This document shows, in pieces, positions 48,201-64,000 of a stretch of DNA of 64,000 bases. Source of the DNA: Zygnema circumcarinatum SAG 698-1b (taxonomy: Eukaryota; Plantae; Zygnematophyceae). Position 1 is the stretch's first letter; each line of letters starts with the position of its first letter. Under the pieces are notes generated by a model, which ran no database searches, had not been told where the DNA came from, and saw nothing but the letters and a program-made list of their open reading frames with translations. Position numbers and translations under genes: made by a program. The stretch is from NCBI GenBank assembly GCA_037447605.1, contig CM074808.1, forward strand, positions 2,666,001 to 2,730,000, given 5' to 3'.

Positions 48201-51016
48201 TTTGGTCATAATGTGAGTTCTTGCAGTGTCTGAAGCCCTCCCCACCTCCTCATCTCCTGGTTGTTCTTCCAACCCTGAGTAGTCAATGGTCCGCATATCC
48301 ACCCTTGCAGGGGTGCCTGTTTTGAGTCTGTCCGTTTCAAATCCAAGCTTTCGTAAATTTTCTGTGAGTCCCTCTGATGCTCCTTCCCCAGCACGGCCGG
48401 CAGCCATGGATGCTCTTCCAACCCATATGCGCCCACTCATAAATGTACCTGCATTCACAAAGACAGGTTCTTTGAAATAGCATAGGAGCAACAAAAGAAC
48501 GAATGATCACAAACCTCTCGCACTTCAATTAGTTTTTTCCAACTAATTCCATGGGAAGCATTCTCAATGCTTCCCATGGAACGAATCCAGTATGTGGTAT
48601 TTGCATCCCACATGGATCATCGGCAGACCATGTTCGCTAACTTCTGGAAGGAAAGATACCACTGTACTAGTTGGAGCACGAAAGTGAAAAAAGCAATGGA
48701 GCTGCATGCAGGCTTCGAACGTTTAGCACTCTGAGGTAATAAAAATATAGTCATTGTATGAACCTCCTGCAGCATCGGCAGCTGCAGCAAGCAACGACAA
48801 GGACAGCATTCCTTTTTGCAGAGTCATAGTCTCCTGTGCCATTGACAGCCTCTCAGCTGTCCGATACACGAGAAAGCAGCTCTGCATAATATCGACAGGG
48901 CTTACGCAGGGATGAATTACAACAGACAAACTCAATTCACAAGGAAACAATCATGGATTAATGCTGCTTCAAGAACTTTAAAGATGGATCACACCTAATC
49001 ACTCTAGAAGCACATCAGAGAAAGCGTTGTATGCCATGTCAATCCCTTCTCAAACATGTGCATGAGCATCACCTGTCGTCAAAACTAGAGCCGCTGTACG
49101 ATAGCACACGCCAAAGAATGTACGGAGGCCGGCCACATTGTCGTTAGGCCCAAGCAAGACTTCCGTAGCCATGGCTTCTCGGATTTGGAGGTTGGGAGCA
49201 CTGCAGAGGACCTTGGCGCAGTGAGCACAGAATGCAGTGAGAAGAAAGAAAAGATTGGAAATGGACCATCCCAGAAACCAGACTGGCAAGATGGGCAATG
49301 AGTATGGCGACAAGAGCAGATGCAACCATCATTTGACGACAAAGCACTTATCGAAATGTAGGTCAGAGTCAACCCTCACATTCATTCAGCTGCTGTAAGA
49401 GCTATATAAGAAATCAAAGTAGGAGGGCATGTCTTTACTTTTCCACAACTCTCCTCATCTCGCTCGCATACTCTCGCTTATCAGTTTGTGCTCGCAGCGC
49501 CCACACTGCAGGACCCTTCGACCGATTCAAGACCCTCTTCTGCAGATAGCACCTGCATGTACAAGAGCATCTTCCGTCAAAAACGACATGGTGTAAGCCA
49601 AGGCAGGTTGCTTCTGCCAGACAATGAATATCAGCGAACAATAACAATGACAATGACAAGAAAATCATAACTCACCTGTCAGCCATTTTCCCAATCTCTC
49701 CACCCAGAGCATCTGTCTCATGAACGAGCTGAGATTTGGCAGGCCCTCCTACAGCAGGATTACAAGGCTGCCACGTTGCAAAAGCCACATTTTCCATCAA
49801 CGGTATTAGTTCTCAGAAAAGTCACAAAGACTTTCCTACGAGTAGCGTTTCGATAACCTTAAGTCAACGTTCCTTCTTACACCGTACTGTATTGCCATCA
49901 ATCTGAGCTCAATTCCCTGAAGTTCCAATTATGTTTACAACATGCAAGCCCGCTGATTTCCCCCACAACAGGACAAGTTGTACCTGCCAACCTATCTTGT
50001 CAAGATTGAGTGTCAGAAGGAGGGTCTTTGCACCCTGACGCGATGCAGCAAGCGCAGCCTCACAGCCTGCATGGCCTCCTCCAACTACGATAACGTCGTA
50101 ATATTCATCGCTTTCTGAAAGAGCACCTGCAGCCAGAACAAAATATTTGGGAATCAAGAAGTAGCAAGAGAAACGAGAACCGACTGCAAACGAGCAACAA
50201 CAATTCCGAAGGCAAGGGCAAATGAAGGAGTACCCTGAGAGAAAGAAGCTGTAGCTGCAGGCCTGGTGTAGTTCAAGCATGGTGGCCCCCTCCTTAAATG
50301 TCTTCCTCTCCACCCCAATCTGGACTCTGCATCGAAAGAATCTCGTCATCTAATGCAGACCAATCTGAGGGCTTGCAAACTGGAGCGTCATCCTTTCTCT
50401 GTCAATTCAAGGCTTTTTGATTCTGCATGCCGAAAGCTAGCCTCAAATTCAGAAACTGCTGACACTCATCATTTCAACCGACTCCTCTGTAAGAAAACAA
50501 GAGGTTGGTCTGCTAATCCACGAGAGGCCATCCAAAAAAAATAGCGGAAGAAAACTCCAATTCATGCTCGACAAGAATGAACTTCCTCCCATCCATACCT
50601 GACGGTGAAATAGTTGAGGAATTCCTTTGCAACACAGGATTGATCTGGGAAAGGCACTTGGTCCAACTCTCTCCATGAAAATGTTTCTTGCATGCAGATT
50701 CACAAGGTCTCGCCTGCCCGATCCAAACCTTCAATTTCTTCGTTCAGACTGTCTCCATAGAAAGACATCAGGCAAATGGAGGGACCAGACAGCAAGCTGC
50801 AAAAAGAATCCACACCTTTACTCCAAAAAAGGAAGTACGTGACAACGATTCCTCGCAGTGGCCTGCAATGATATTTTGCTGACAACTGTGTGAACCGAAC
50901 AAAGAGGCGGTAGACGCTGCTGCAAGATGTCTCCTCCTCAATCCACAAAGCCGCGGTAATCGGGGCAGATCCAACCGCGACAACCCAAAGCCCGGTGGCC
51001 TGCAAGACACAGTCAT
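45245..51016 (-). CDS. GIDA: tRNA uridine 5-carboxymethylaminomethyl modification enzyme MnmG/GidA, organelle-targeted, multi-exon
   Basis: [116 protein letters not shown] and [15 protein letters not shown]. The start codon is approximate. Confidence 0.95.
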
Positions 51017-52812
51017 AACTCCATTCAGAGTGGCGAGCAATGCAGAATGGCGGCTGGTTACCCTCCCTACTTTCTTTCATACCCCCTCCCTCTCTCTCTC
51101 TCTCTCCACACCCTTTCCTCTTTCTCTCTATCTCTCCCTTTCTAACTTCTTTCTCTCTGCACCGCTCTGGCCCGAGCCACGCCCACCCCTCTTCCGGCCC
51201 TGACTGAAATCCCATCCGCTTTCCTATTCCTATGCCTGACTAACGGCCCACATGTTGTTCATACCCTAATTATAACCGCCTCATCTTCTCTCCGATCTAG
51301 TCCAATGAAGTATAGCCTCTTCGCTCCTTATCGCCTTGAATTGCCTCTCAATCCGGCAATTCAGCGCCAATATTTTCATTATTTCATTCCCCTTCTAAGC
51401 CCCGGCCTTTCTCAACATCTGCCTTCACTATAATTAAAATTGCCTTCAACAACGGGGACTCAGTCTCTCTTCGTAAACACTCTTCTCCTCAATGCCCATA
51501 CCGCTGCTAAGGCAAACATCTTCCTCGTACAATATCTCAGCACTGCCATTTTCTCCGTTTGAGCCTCCAATTATACTGGCTTGCTTATCCACCCTCCAAC
51601 AAAATTGTATCCCCTCTCCTCTACCCATGCACTGCCCGAATTCCTCCCACTATCTCCAACTCAAATCCTCTCATTCTCGTATGCAGAACCCTACCTCTCC
51701 AGTTCTACCCTCACTGCCTTCCCCAAGCACCCCCTGAATTCCACCACTTTGTTTCCTCCCCCCCTACACAACTCTTAATCGTAAAACCCAACCCTTCTAA
51801 GCGACAAGCAGTGCAGCAGCCCTCACATTGTGGAGGTGACGTGGCCCATAACGTGCCTGACGCCGCAGCCACTCAGGCTCCTTCCAGTGCGCGTCCCCCC
51901 CCCGCCAGCCGGGGCCTGTGGCCCTCCAAAGGCCCCCTCCCGCCCCCCATGGCTGCCGCCTGCGCCCGACTGCTCGGCCGCTGCGCTGGCCTTCTCACTC
52001 TCACAGCAGGGCCAGCAGAGCTAGCAGCCTGGACTGCTTCACAAATGGGGGACTCGTTCTCAGCTCACGAACGGTCACAGCAAATCAAACTCCGTATTGT
52101 CTGCAATTTCAGACCACATTTGTAAAGAGTACGGCTTCTTAATAATAGGAGCGCTAAGAATGAGTTTTGCGCTATTGGGTCTCAGGAGTCTTGGTGCCGG
52201 CTCTAAACCTCGCGACGAAAACTCCAGTGAGGTACGGTACGAGCAGGGGTGTACCGTACGACTATCCGTACAGGTTGTGGGCGGAATTTCAGGGTTCGGA
52301 AATCCGAGTTTGCTTGTGCGCAGTTTTGGCCGTAGACCGGGATACTGTACTGTAACTGTAACCCGTACAGAGAAAATCCGGATCCCTTACAGTACTACCA
52401 ATAATTTGAACAATTGAATAATTAAAGATTTTGGCTGTTCAAAAACAAAAAAACTTCAACTAGCGTTTGAAAAGAAAAACTGTTTCCTCTTTAGTTTTTT
52501 TCCTTTCTTTTGACCATCCTTGTTCGAATGCGAATTTAATACGAAACCAATTGAATATTAATCAATTCTCGTCATGTTCAATTTCAATTTACTTTGCATC
52601 CACCAATCATCAATGAGATTTGACAAATCACGAAAATTGAAAATTTTCCTCCCGCGTTCAAATTTTGCCCATTTTCATTTCAGTACCGTATTAAAATCGT
52701 TCATATCGCGAAAAAAATCGTACGGCAAAAATTGGGCGGGACCTAAGCAAATCTCGCAGATTGCTTGAATCCTACGTGGCAAATCTACACGTGTAACCGA
52801 ACAGATTGAGAC

Positions 52813-52934
52813 TCTGAACTTCTGAACATTGTTTTATATTGTTCAATATGAAAAACTTTTGACCTCGGGGTGTTCAAAAGTTCAAACCGTTCCATTTGAA
52901 CATTGAAAATTCCAAAAAAAAAGTTCAATTGTTC
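52813..52934. repeat. Imperfect foldback rich in TGAAC/GTTCA motifs (decayed MITE-like)
   Basis: A central 9-bp inverted repeat AACTTTTGA/TCAAAAGTT is flanked by mirrored TGAAC-3nt-TGAAC arrays. Confidence 0.4.
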
Positions 52935-53749
52935 AAAGTAACAATGGTAGTAGGGGTAATTGGAAAAGGCAACTCTGAAACACTCCCTCTCCCTCTCTCT
53001 CTCTTCACTCTCTCTGCGTTTTGTGATTGTGGACGTTTATTTGATAATGCCAATTCCATATCCCTTAAGGAATCTTCCCCTTCTAGCCTAGAAGAAGTAG
53101 ATTCCCATTTGTATAGGCTTTTCTTTTGTGTCCTTAGGTCCTTCGTGACCGGTTCCTTTGGTTCCCCATGTTGATTTCAACCATGCACATTTGAGGGCCT
53201 CGCCATCCTGAGACCAATGCCGTTTCTCTTGACTTCTAGGGCTTGGGGATCTTGAAAAGGGAACTACCTTACAAAGAGGGACCAGCATCCCCTACTTTGA
53301 AGTATGACATTCTGAAATATGAAGTTTGCAAACCAAGAGGCCGTTTTTTCCCGAAAAACCAGGTTTGCCGCGAAAAGGTTTGCTAGTTTGCTGGTTTGCT
53401 GGTGCTGGAAAAAGTGTGCCGCGGCTGCACGCAATCTGGCAGCGTCCGCTTTCCAGGGCCCTGGAGCGCCTGCGTCTGACACGTGGCACTGCCCTGCAAG
53501 GCGCCATGGCTGCGACTCGCTGGCAGACCGCGCACAACCGCGCTGCCTCCTTGTGCTGAGGGGAGGGCCCCCTTGCATTGGGAAGGAAGAAGAGTATCCG
53601 GCACAAGCTCCACGGGCTTGAATTAACGTTCAGAACGAGAGAACTTTGAGCCGAAGCCGTTGCCGGACTCGTAATCGTTTGCGTAATTTTCCTTTTTACA
53701 ACAATTTTTTGATTGATATTTAGACAGCAGAGCGTCACTGTTGTACAAG

Positions 53750-58236
<4,487 letters not shown>

Positions 58237-59304
58237 GGTTCTGAAAGAAGCCGCAGGTGAGTGCTACTCGTAGATGTCGGCGGGGGTGATGGTGCAGATA
58301 ACAAGCGCTACATCAGGTGCTTGGTTCTGGTAGGTTCTTGGTAAAGTCAACTTGTAAATCTTCGTTGGCCACTAGGAATCTTTGATTCTTAAGTGTATGG
58401 CTTCTAGGGCCTGTACCATGCACTGAGGCAAATGTTTAGTACAAACCTCTGCTTAAATTCCATGTCTTGAATGGAGGCTTGAGGTTTTCACAGTTTCAGT
58501 TTTGACTTTGCAATCAGAACATCGATAATAAGGTTCTGCAAATGCGGAGCTTCTCCTCTGAAGCCCGTCGTTGAAGGTTTCGCAACTTTCATGCTGAATG
58601 CGCTGCCTCGTTTCTGTATGCCATGCACCCCCGTGCTTTATTCTATGAGTCTCAGATTTTGTCTATTGGGATTCACTGTCGACGAATAGTGTAGTAGTGG
58701 AAAAAGGAATGCAAATTTCCTTTCAGTAGAAGAAGTTTCTCGCCTTCAGAGAGAACGTCGCACAAAAGCTTCAACCAGGTCACACGGGTAAAAGGCAAAT
58801 TAGGGAAACGATGGCTGCCGTACTATGAGAAGCCGCAGAGCCGTCTTCGTCAGAATTCGCTCAAAGCGCAAAGCAGCGCTCATTCAAGTTTCCTGCAAGG
58901 ACAGATTTTTTGTGAGCCTGAGCCTAACTTTCAGAAAGAAGCTGCTCAATGCAATAAAATAAAGAAGTAAAAAAACAGAAGAAAGCAGAGAAAGCATCGT
59001 AAATTTTTCTGAAGTCGAGGTTGCCATAAAAACCCTAAAAAACCGTGCGATTGGCCGAGATTCTTCGGTGTTTTCGCACATCTTGCAATTCCTTTCTGTG
59101 GCTTGAAAGGACATTTTTCACTTCTCTTCAACGCTGTCTCATCGCACTTCACTTCGTGAGAACAGGCACGAAAGTGTTCTGCAATAGAGAGAAGGCATGA
59201 AGTAATCGCAGATTGGAGGGCTGTAAAGCGTTACAGGGCTTCAAATGCAAATTTCTTATCCTCTTTTCCTATAGAGCTGAGTTGCAATCAAGTCTGAAAG
59301 GCAG

Positions 59305-61002
59305 ATGTGGCTGTCAAGGCGAACACAAGCGCTGCCGAGCCTCCTTCGGTCCGTTTGGCCGAACCCGCCGCTGCTGCGGCCCCTTCAGCACGCTGCAGGG
59401 CGAGGGGAGGAGAGGGAGGCCAGTCGGGGAGGAGGGGAACCGGGCTTGAGTGTGAGGCAGAAGCGGATAGGCTCGCAGCTGCGAGCTGCGCTCTGCCATG
59501 AGCTGCAGAACGGGCCTATGAGGGACCAGCTGCTGCAGACTTGCGGGTTCTGCATCCATGAGGTCAGAGGGCCCTTCCATGCGCGAGTGTCGCAGCAGCA
59601 AATTCAAGACATGGTGAATGCATCGCTGTCAAATTGTCAGAGACTATAGAGTTACACTGTAGACAACATAAAAGAAATTGTGTTAAAAATGGAAACGTTT
59701 TAGCTATGCAAAGCCAGGGCAAAGCTCATCGAATGGGAGCTGAAACCATTGTCTGGAGTCTGGGGAATGACGTTTGATGACGGTATTGTAGGTGCCTGGA
59801 AAGAAATCATTGCTGTAGTCTCTGGCTAGGTGTCCTCTTGCTGAAGTGCCTTTCTGAAATTTGACAGGGTCCGATGAATTTGTTGCTGCATGAACACGGT
59901 TCTCTGTCGACTACTTCAGGTGTCCTCTGAAATTGATGGTTTTCATGGCTCTTCGTCCCAGTTATGGTTCAGAGAATACTCGTTCTCCTTAGATCTTTCT
60001 GCCGAAGTTGATGGTGCATTCGTACTATCTCCCTCCATTTCAAAGTGACTAGACGATCATCATTTATACTGTAAAGAGGGTAATTAAACGATTGTTGGCA
60101 TTTCACCTGTGGAGTTGACAAGAGCAATTGCTGCTCTGCAGGTTAGAATGAGTGACGACTTGCGAACAGCTCACATTCTGTGGTCTGCCTTTGGAGGCCA
60201 CCGCAAGGAAGCTGATAAACACCTTCGACAGAACATGAACCGCTTGAGGAGTAGTATGTTTGAGCAATTAGCACTCCCATTCTCGCCCTTCTTGCAGTTC
60301 TGTGAATACACCGAAAAAAGTGCAGAGCAAAAGCATGCTTTTGACCAGGCTTTTGAGAAGATAAACAGTGAAAAGGAGCCCTGTTAGGAAAATTGTGTCG
60401 TTTCCAGTTTTGCGGAGGAAATGCTCTTGGCGGTTTGAGTAAAACTTGCTTGAGCAGGCATTCATTTTGCAAAAACTGGTGTCGAACCAGGATCGCATCT
60501 CCACTATATTGTCAAAGCGTCATGAGGCAAATCATCAGATGCTATAGTCTGATGGAGAGCCATGTCTTCATATCTGGCGGCACTCTCCTGCGATGGAGAC
60601 TACATGAGCTTTTAAAGAGCCCTGTTTTTGCAGTACAAGGTTTAGCTGTGTTAGGTCGTGAAATTTTAGGTCGAGTGAAGCCCACGTGGCCATGTCCCTT
60701 TCTCTCCCGGGGGAGGCCACAGGTCTGGATACACCTCCTCTGTACTGACTGCTCGTTCTGCGAAGGTCAAATAGAGCACATCCAGTGGAATTGAAGGCAA
60801 TTCTTTCATCAGCTGTGGATGAGCCGCCTCTGGCAATGCGATTTTGAGTGTGGCAGTTTTGACTGCTTCGGATAAGGAAAATTGTATCGTTGACTAACTG
60901 AGAGGTGTTACTTCTCAGAACTTTACTAGATCGCGACCTCGTGAAGGAGTGCTGTAGAGCACTGAGACGACAGCCAGGAGAGAGGGAGTGCAGAGGTGCC
61001 AT
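59305..61002. other. Possible small unannotated gene(s) between KDM4 and COQ2
   Basis: Telo-box-like motifs at 59030 and 61161, a GA-rich leader near 59400, a helical-looking + ORF at 60109-60387, and a transit-peptide-like - ORF starting near 61002. No family was recognised. Confidence 0.25.
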
Positions 61003-62122
61003 GAGAACTGAGATATAAAGTGAGGGAAGGGGTGAAGGGGGACAATAGGGAGAGTGGAAGCATGCGCAACAAAGGCAACAAACCAACCAACCAACCATCC
61101 AACCACACCCGCAACAACAAAAGAGGAAGTTTCCACCACAGTTCATAGTATCTATTTCAAGGGTTTAGGGATTTCAGAAATTTAGGCTTTCAGGGATTTG
61201 GTTGGTTGCCTGTTAGCACGCCAGCACCCACGAATTTCCAAAGCTACGCACTTCGAATATCACAGTAATCCTGCCAGTGTATGGCTGAGAAACGTACCAA
61301 TAAATTTCTGGAGATGGGAGTTATTTTCTAGCGTGATAATAACAACAATAAGGTAACGAGTAATTTTTACCAACTCTAAGAAGCGACTAACGAACCACAC
61401 AATTCCTAAAACCGAAGTTGTATGTCCAAGATCAGACCTCAGGCCTTGCATAGAGACTCACTCATGACTTGACGAGTGAGACTCACTCATCCAACCCAAT
61501 AATACTGTGAACACCCTCCTTTTCTATATATCTGCTAACCGACATTGCTCAAGGCCCATAGAACTGGCTCGTTTGAAAGTCTCTGAACCAAACATTCTCC
61601 TGCCAATTACAGCAGCTATTCCCGCATAATCTAAGGCTTATGTACATGCAGCGCCTGCCAGTTAAACCCACCAGGAACCTTAAGTCTTCAAGAGACGACC
61701 AAACGGAAAGAATCTGCACCTTTTGCGTTTCATGGCGTTATTGAAAGTGGAGAAGCAGCGTTTTCAATTCGCCAGTTTCCCAGCCTCACGAATCTCCCTG
61801 CGCTGTTACAATAAGCTGAACATAAGGCCAGGCCATTGGTATAGAAGAAGTGAAGAATAGCCTCCGCAGAATTCTACTGTGAACTCAGCTGCAAGGGCTT
61901 GGGGTAATGCCAAAGCCATTCTCTGATGTTTTAGCTCCACTTGTGAACATGTCCACTTCTGTATGGACTTTCAGGCGTAGGAATACATCTTTTGCCCTGA
62001 CATTGAGAGCTACGGTAAAGCAAGTATCCTAAAAGACGGGTCTTTACCATGAAGGCGTTGGTCCTTTGAGGCATTGACAATCTGTACTTGAAAACGATAA
62101 CTTCAACACTCAAGTATTTTGC

Positions 62123-64000
62123 TCAGGTGGGTACCGCCAGCTTGCCCAGCAGCACCCCCGCAAACACGATAGCTCCAAGCCACTTGTTGGAAGCAAACCT
62201 GCAACAGAAATGTCAGACAATTAGAAGGGGCCGTTGGCAACTGAAGACGACAAGGGATGGTCATGAGATCCAGACAGAGTTAAAAATTTACATGCTCGCA
62301 AAGCCATCAAACACTGAAGGATGGGTTGGATGAATGGAGATATACATCTACCACTCGAGACAAAGGCCTCACAATAACAGCAACAATCTTGGGAAAATAT
62401 TCACTTCCATGTCTTTGACAAGAAGATTTTGTGTCATGCAGATAAAACGGTTGCTTACTTTGTTGCGCAGTCTGACTTGCTGTTGTAATTCACACCAGCA
62501 ACTTGCCATGCCAAGTGCGCCCCAACTGCCATGAGAGCCACGTCAAAGGGCCAACCTAGAAGCCCAAGAGAAGCGAGAGCAAGAAACACGTCAGTGAAGA
62601 TCAAAAAGGTTCATTCAATTTCGCGTTCTCCCTATTCAGTAGTTTGACTCGGCTCCTCCAGGCAAAGCTGTTCAACACATGCTTAAAACCGAACCCGAAA
62701 CCCTCTTCTGAATTTAATGTCGTTAACATGCGCACTTGTTTTGTATCACCGTTTAACTCTTCCCTAGCACATTTTTCACACCGAACGGCCTTAGTGGAGA
62801 GGTTGTCCTACAAGTCACTGCCATAACAAAATGTTCATTGCTTCACAAACTTCTAGAATCCAAACGCTGTTCGTTCTAGGTCTTCTATTGCCTTTTTCTT
62901 ATTTTTCCAATCTCAAGGACGACACAAAAAGAAACGCTCCCACAACGCAGGCACTCATGGCATATGACCCTCCTCTGCAATCCGTGGCAAGCTTACCAAG
63001 TTCTGCTGCGTGCCCTGCAAGCGCTAACCCACTGATCATGGTGGTGCTGAATCCAGCCAGCCAATATGGCGTATGCTTGTCAAATAATAGTGCTGTAGAT
63101 TTGACACCCACTTTCCTATCATCATCTTTGTCCTGTTCAGCAATGCACCACAGAGTCGAAGGTCAAAAGTCTAATGCAGTTCTAACTGGCAGTAACAAAT
63201 AGCCAAGAGTTGCCTGAGCGCAGGTTTTACCCTCCTCGTGTTTGATGAATCGAAAGTATATTCGAGAAAATCGAGAAAAGCATTTGAAGTGTATTCCATC
63301 GTTAGTGCAATGCTCCTTGTGTGACAACAAGACAGAAACCAAACTTCTCTACTTGCAGCAATTCACGCATCGTATCGTCGAAGCTGTTTATGTCAGCTCA
63401 TAATAACCAGCCGATTGTACAAGAGTTACCTATGCCCACAGACATGAGCATGGACAAAAAAGGTCAAATGCTTCACCCACATTGGCCGGAGTGACGAAGA
63501 GTATTCAAGAAGAAAGCAGAAGATTGCGTACTTGATGTGCGTAAATTGTATCGTAGACTAGGGTCCACGATATAGCGGCCGCATAGAGGGGTAGCACAAT
63601 TGGCAAATCCAAGCTTCCCCTCACTGCTGCCCAGCCTAAAAGTGCGCCCCAGTTGAATGTCAAACCGAGGTAGGCCTGTGGCTGCCACCCAAAATTACCA
63701 GAACAGACTTGACCTTGAAGTTATTGCTGCATTACTCTGACCAGACCAAACGACCTTCTTGTGGGGTGCAGGACGCAACTATCACGTCAGCGGTGAATTC
63801 CTGAATGCAAACAATGTAGGGCAGCCCCTCCAGGGACAACTTCTGTGCTACAAGGCAGTCTGAAGAGCACATACCCAATACGTGACGCGCTTCATAAGAG
63901 GATACGTGAAGACCAAGAGCAAAGACGAAGCTCCCAAGACCTGGCTGCGAGCATCACATGGGCACGGGGAGCGACGATGGGATCAGCTTTGCAAAAGATA
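62123..64000 (-). CDS. COQ2: 4-hydroxybenzoate polyprenyltransferase (COQ2/PPT1), 3' exons; gene continues beyond the right edge
   Basis: Exons encode [60 protein letters not shown] and [14 protein letters not shown]. The stop codon is at 62123-62125. Confidence 0.95.

Noticed and set aside
213-51016. Functional clustering of RidA, sulfate reductase and tRNA-modification genes
   Set aside because: They are separated by unrelated genes with mixed orientation, and there is no evidence of a co-regulated cluster.

Overview
Eukaryotic, intron-rich, gene-dense DNA from a green-plant (streptophyte) lineage, most likely a non-seed plant or charophyte alga. This is inferred from the gene set (APR-B-type reductase, group-IVA CNGC, PP2-A10); the species cannot be determined. 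The window is a scaffold with five 10-N gaps (21158, 22938, 23535, 29323, 32397). Ten protein genes were reconstructed by splicing exons by eye: RidA (partial), NUP50, Fe-S-less APS/PAPS reductase, CNGC19/20-like channel, mitochondrial-type ClpP, PP2-A10, BAG6-like UBL protein (with a U12-type intron), MnmG/GidA, a JMJD2/KDM4-type demethylase spliced to a CW zinc finger and a 33-bp repeat exon, and COQ2/PPT1 (partial). About 10 kb of repeats lie upstream of ClpP (21.2-31.0 kb): a 491-bp-arm inverted repeat, a decayed Ty3/Gypsy LTR retrotransposon with a hairpin where a tRNA primer-binding site is expected, and rearranged copies of a modular CGTAC/TATCG-rich repeat. Right of that block is an ORF-poor locus with a 21-bp hairpin and two tandem ~135-nt structured box C/D-like RNAs showing compensatory base changes. 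That pair is the best candidate here for an unannotated system. Exon boundaries are manual, and no database searches or folding programs were run.
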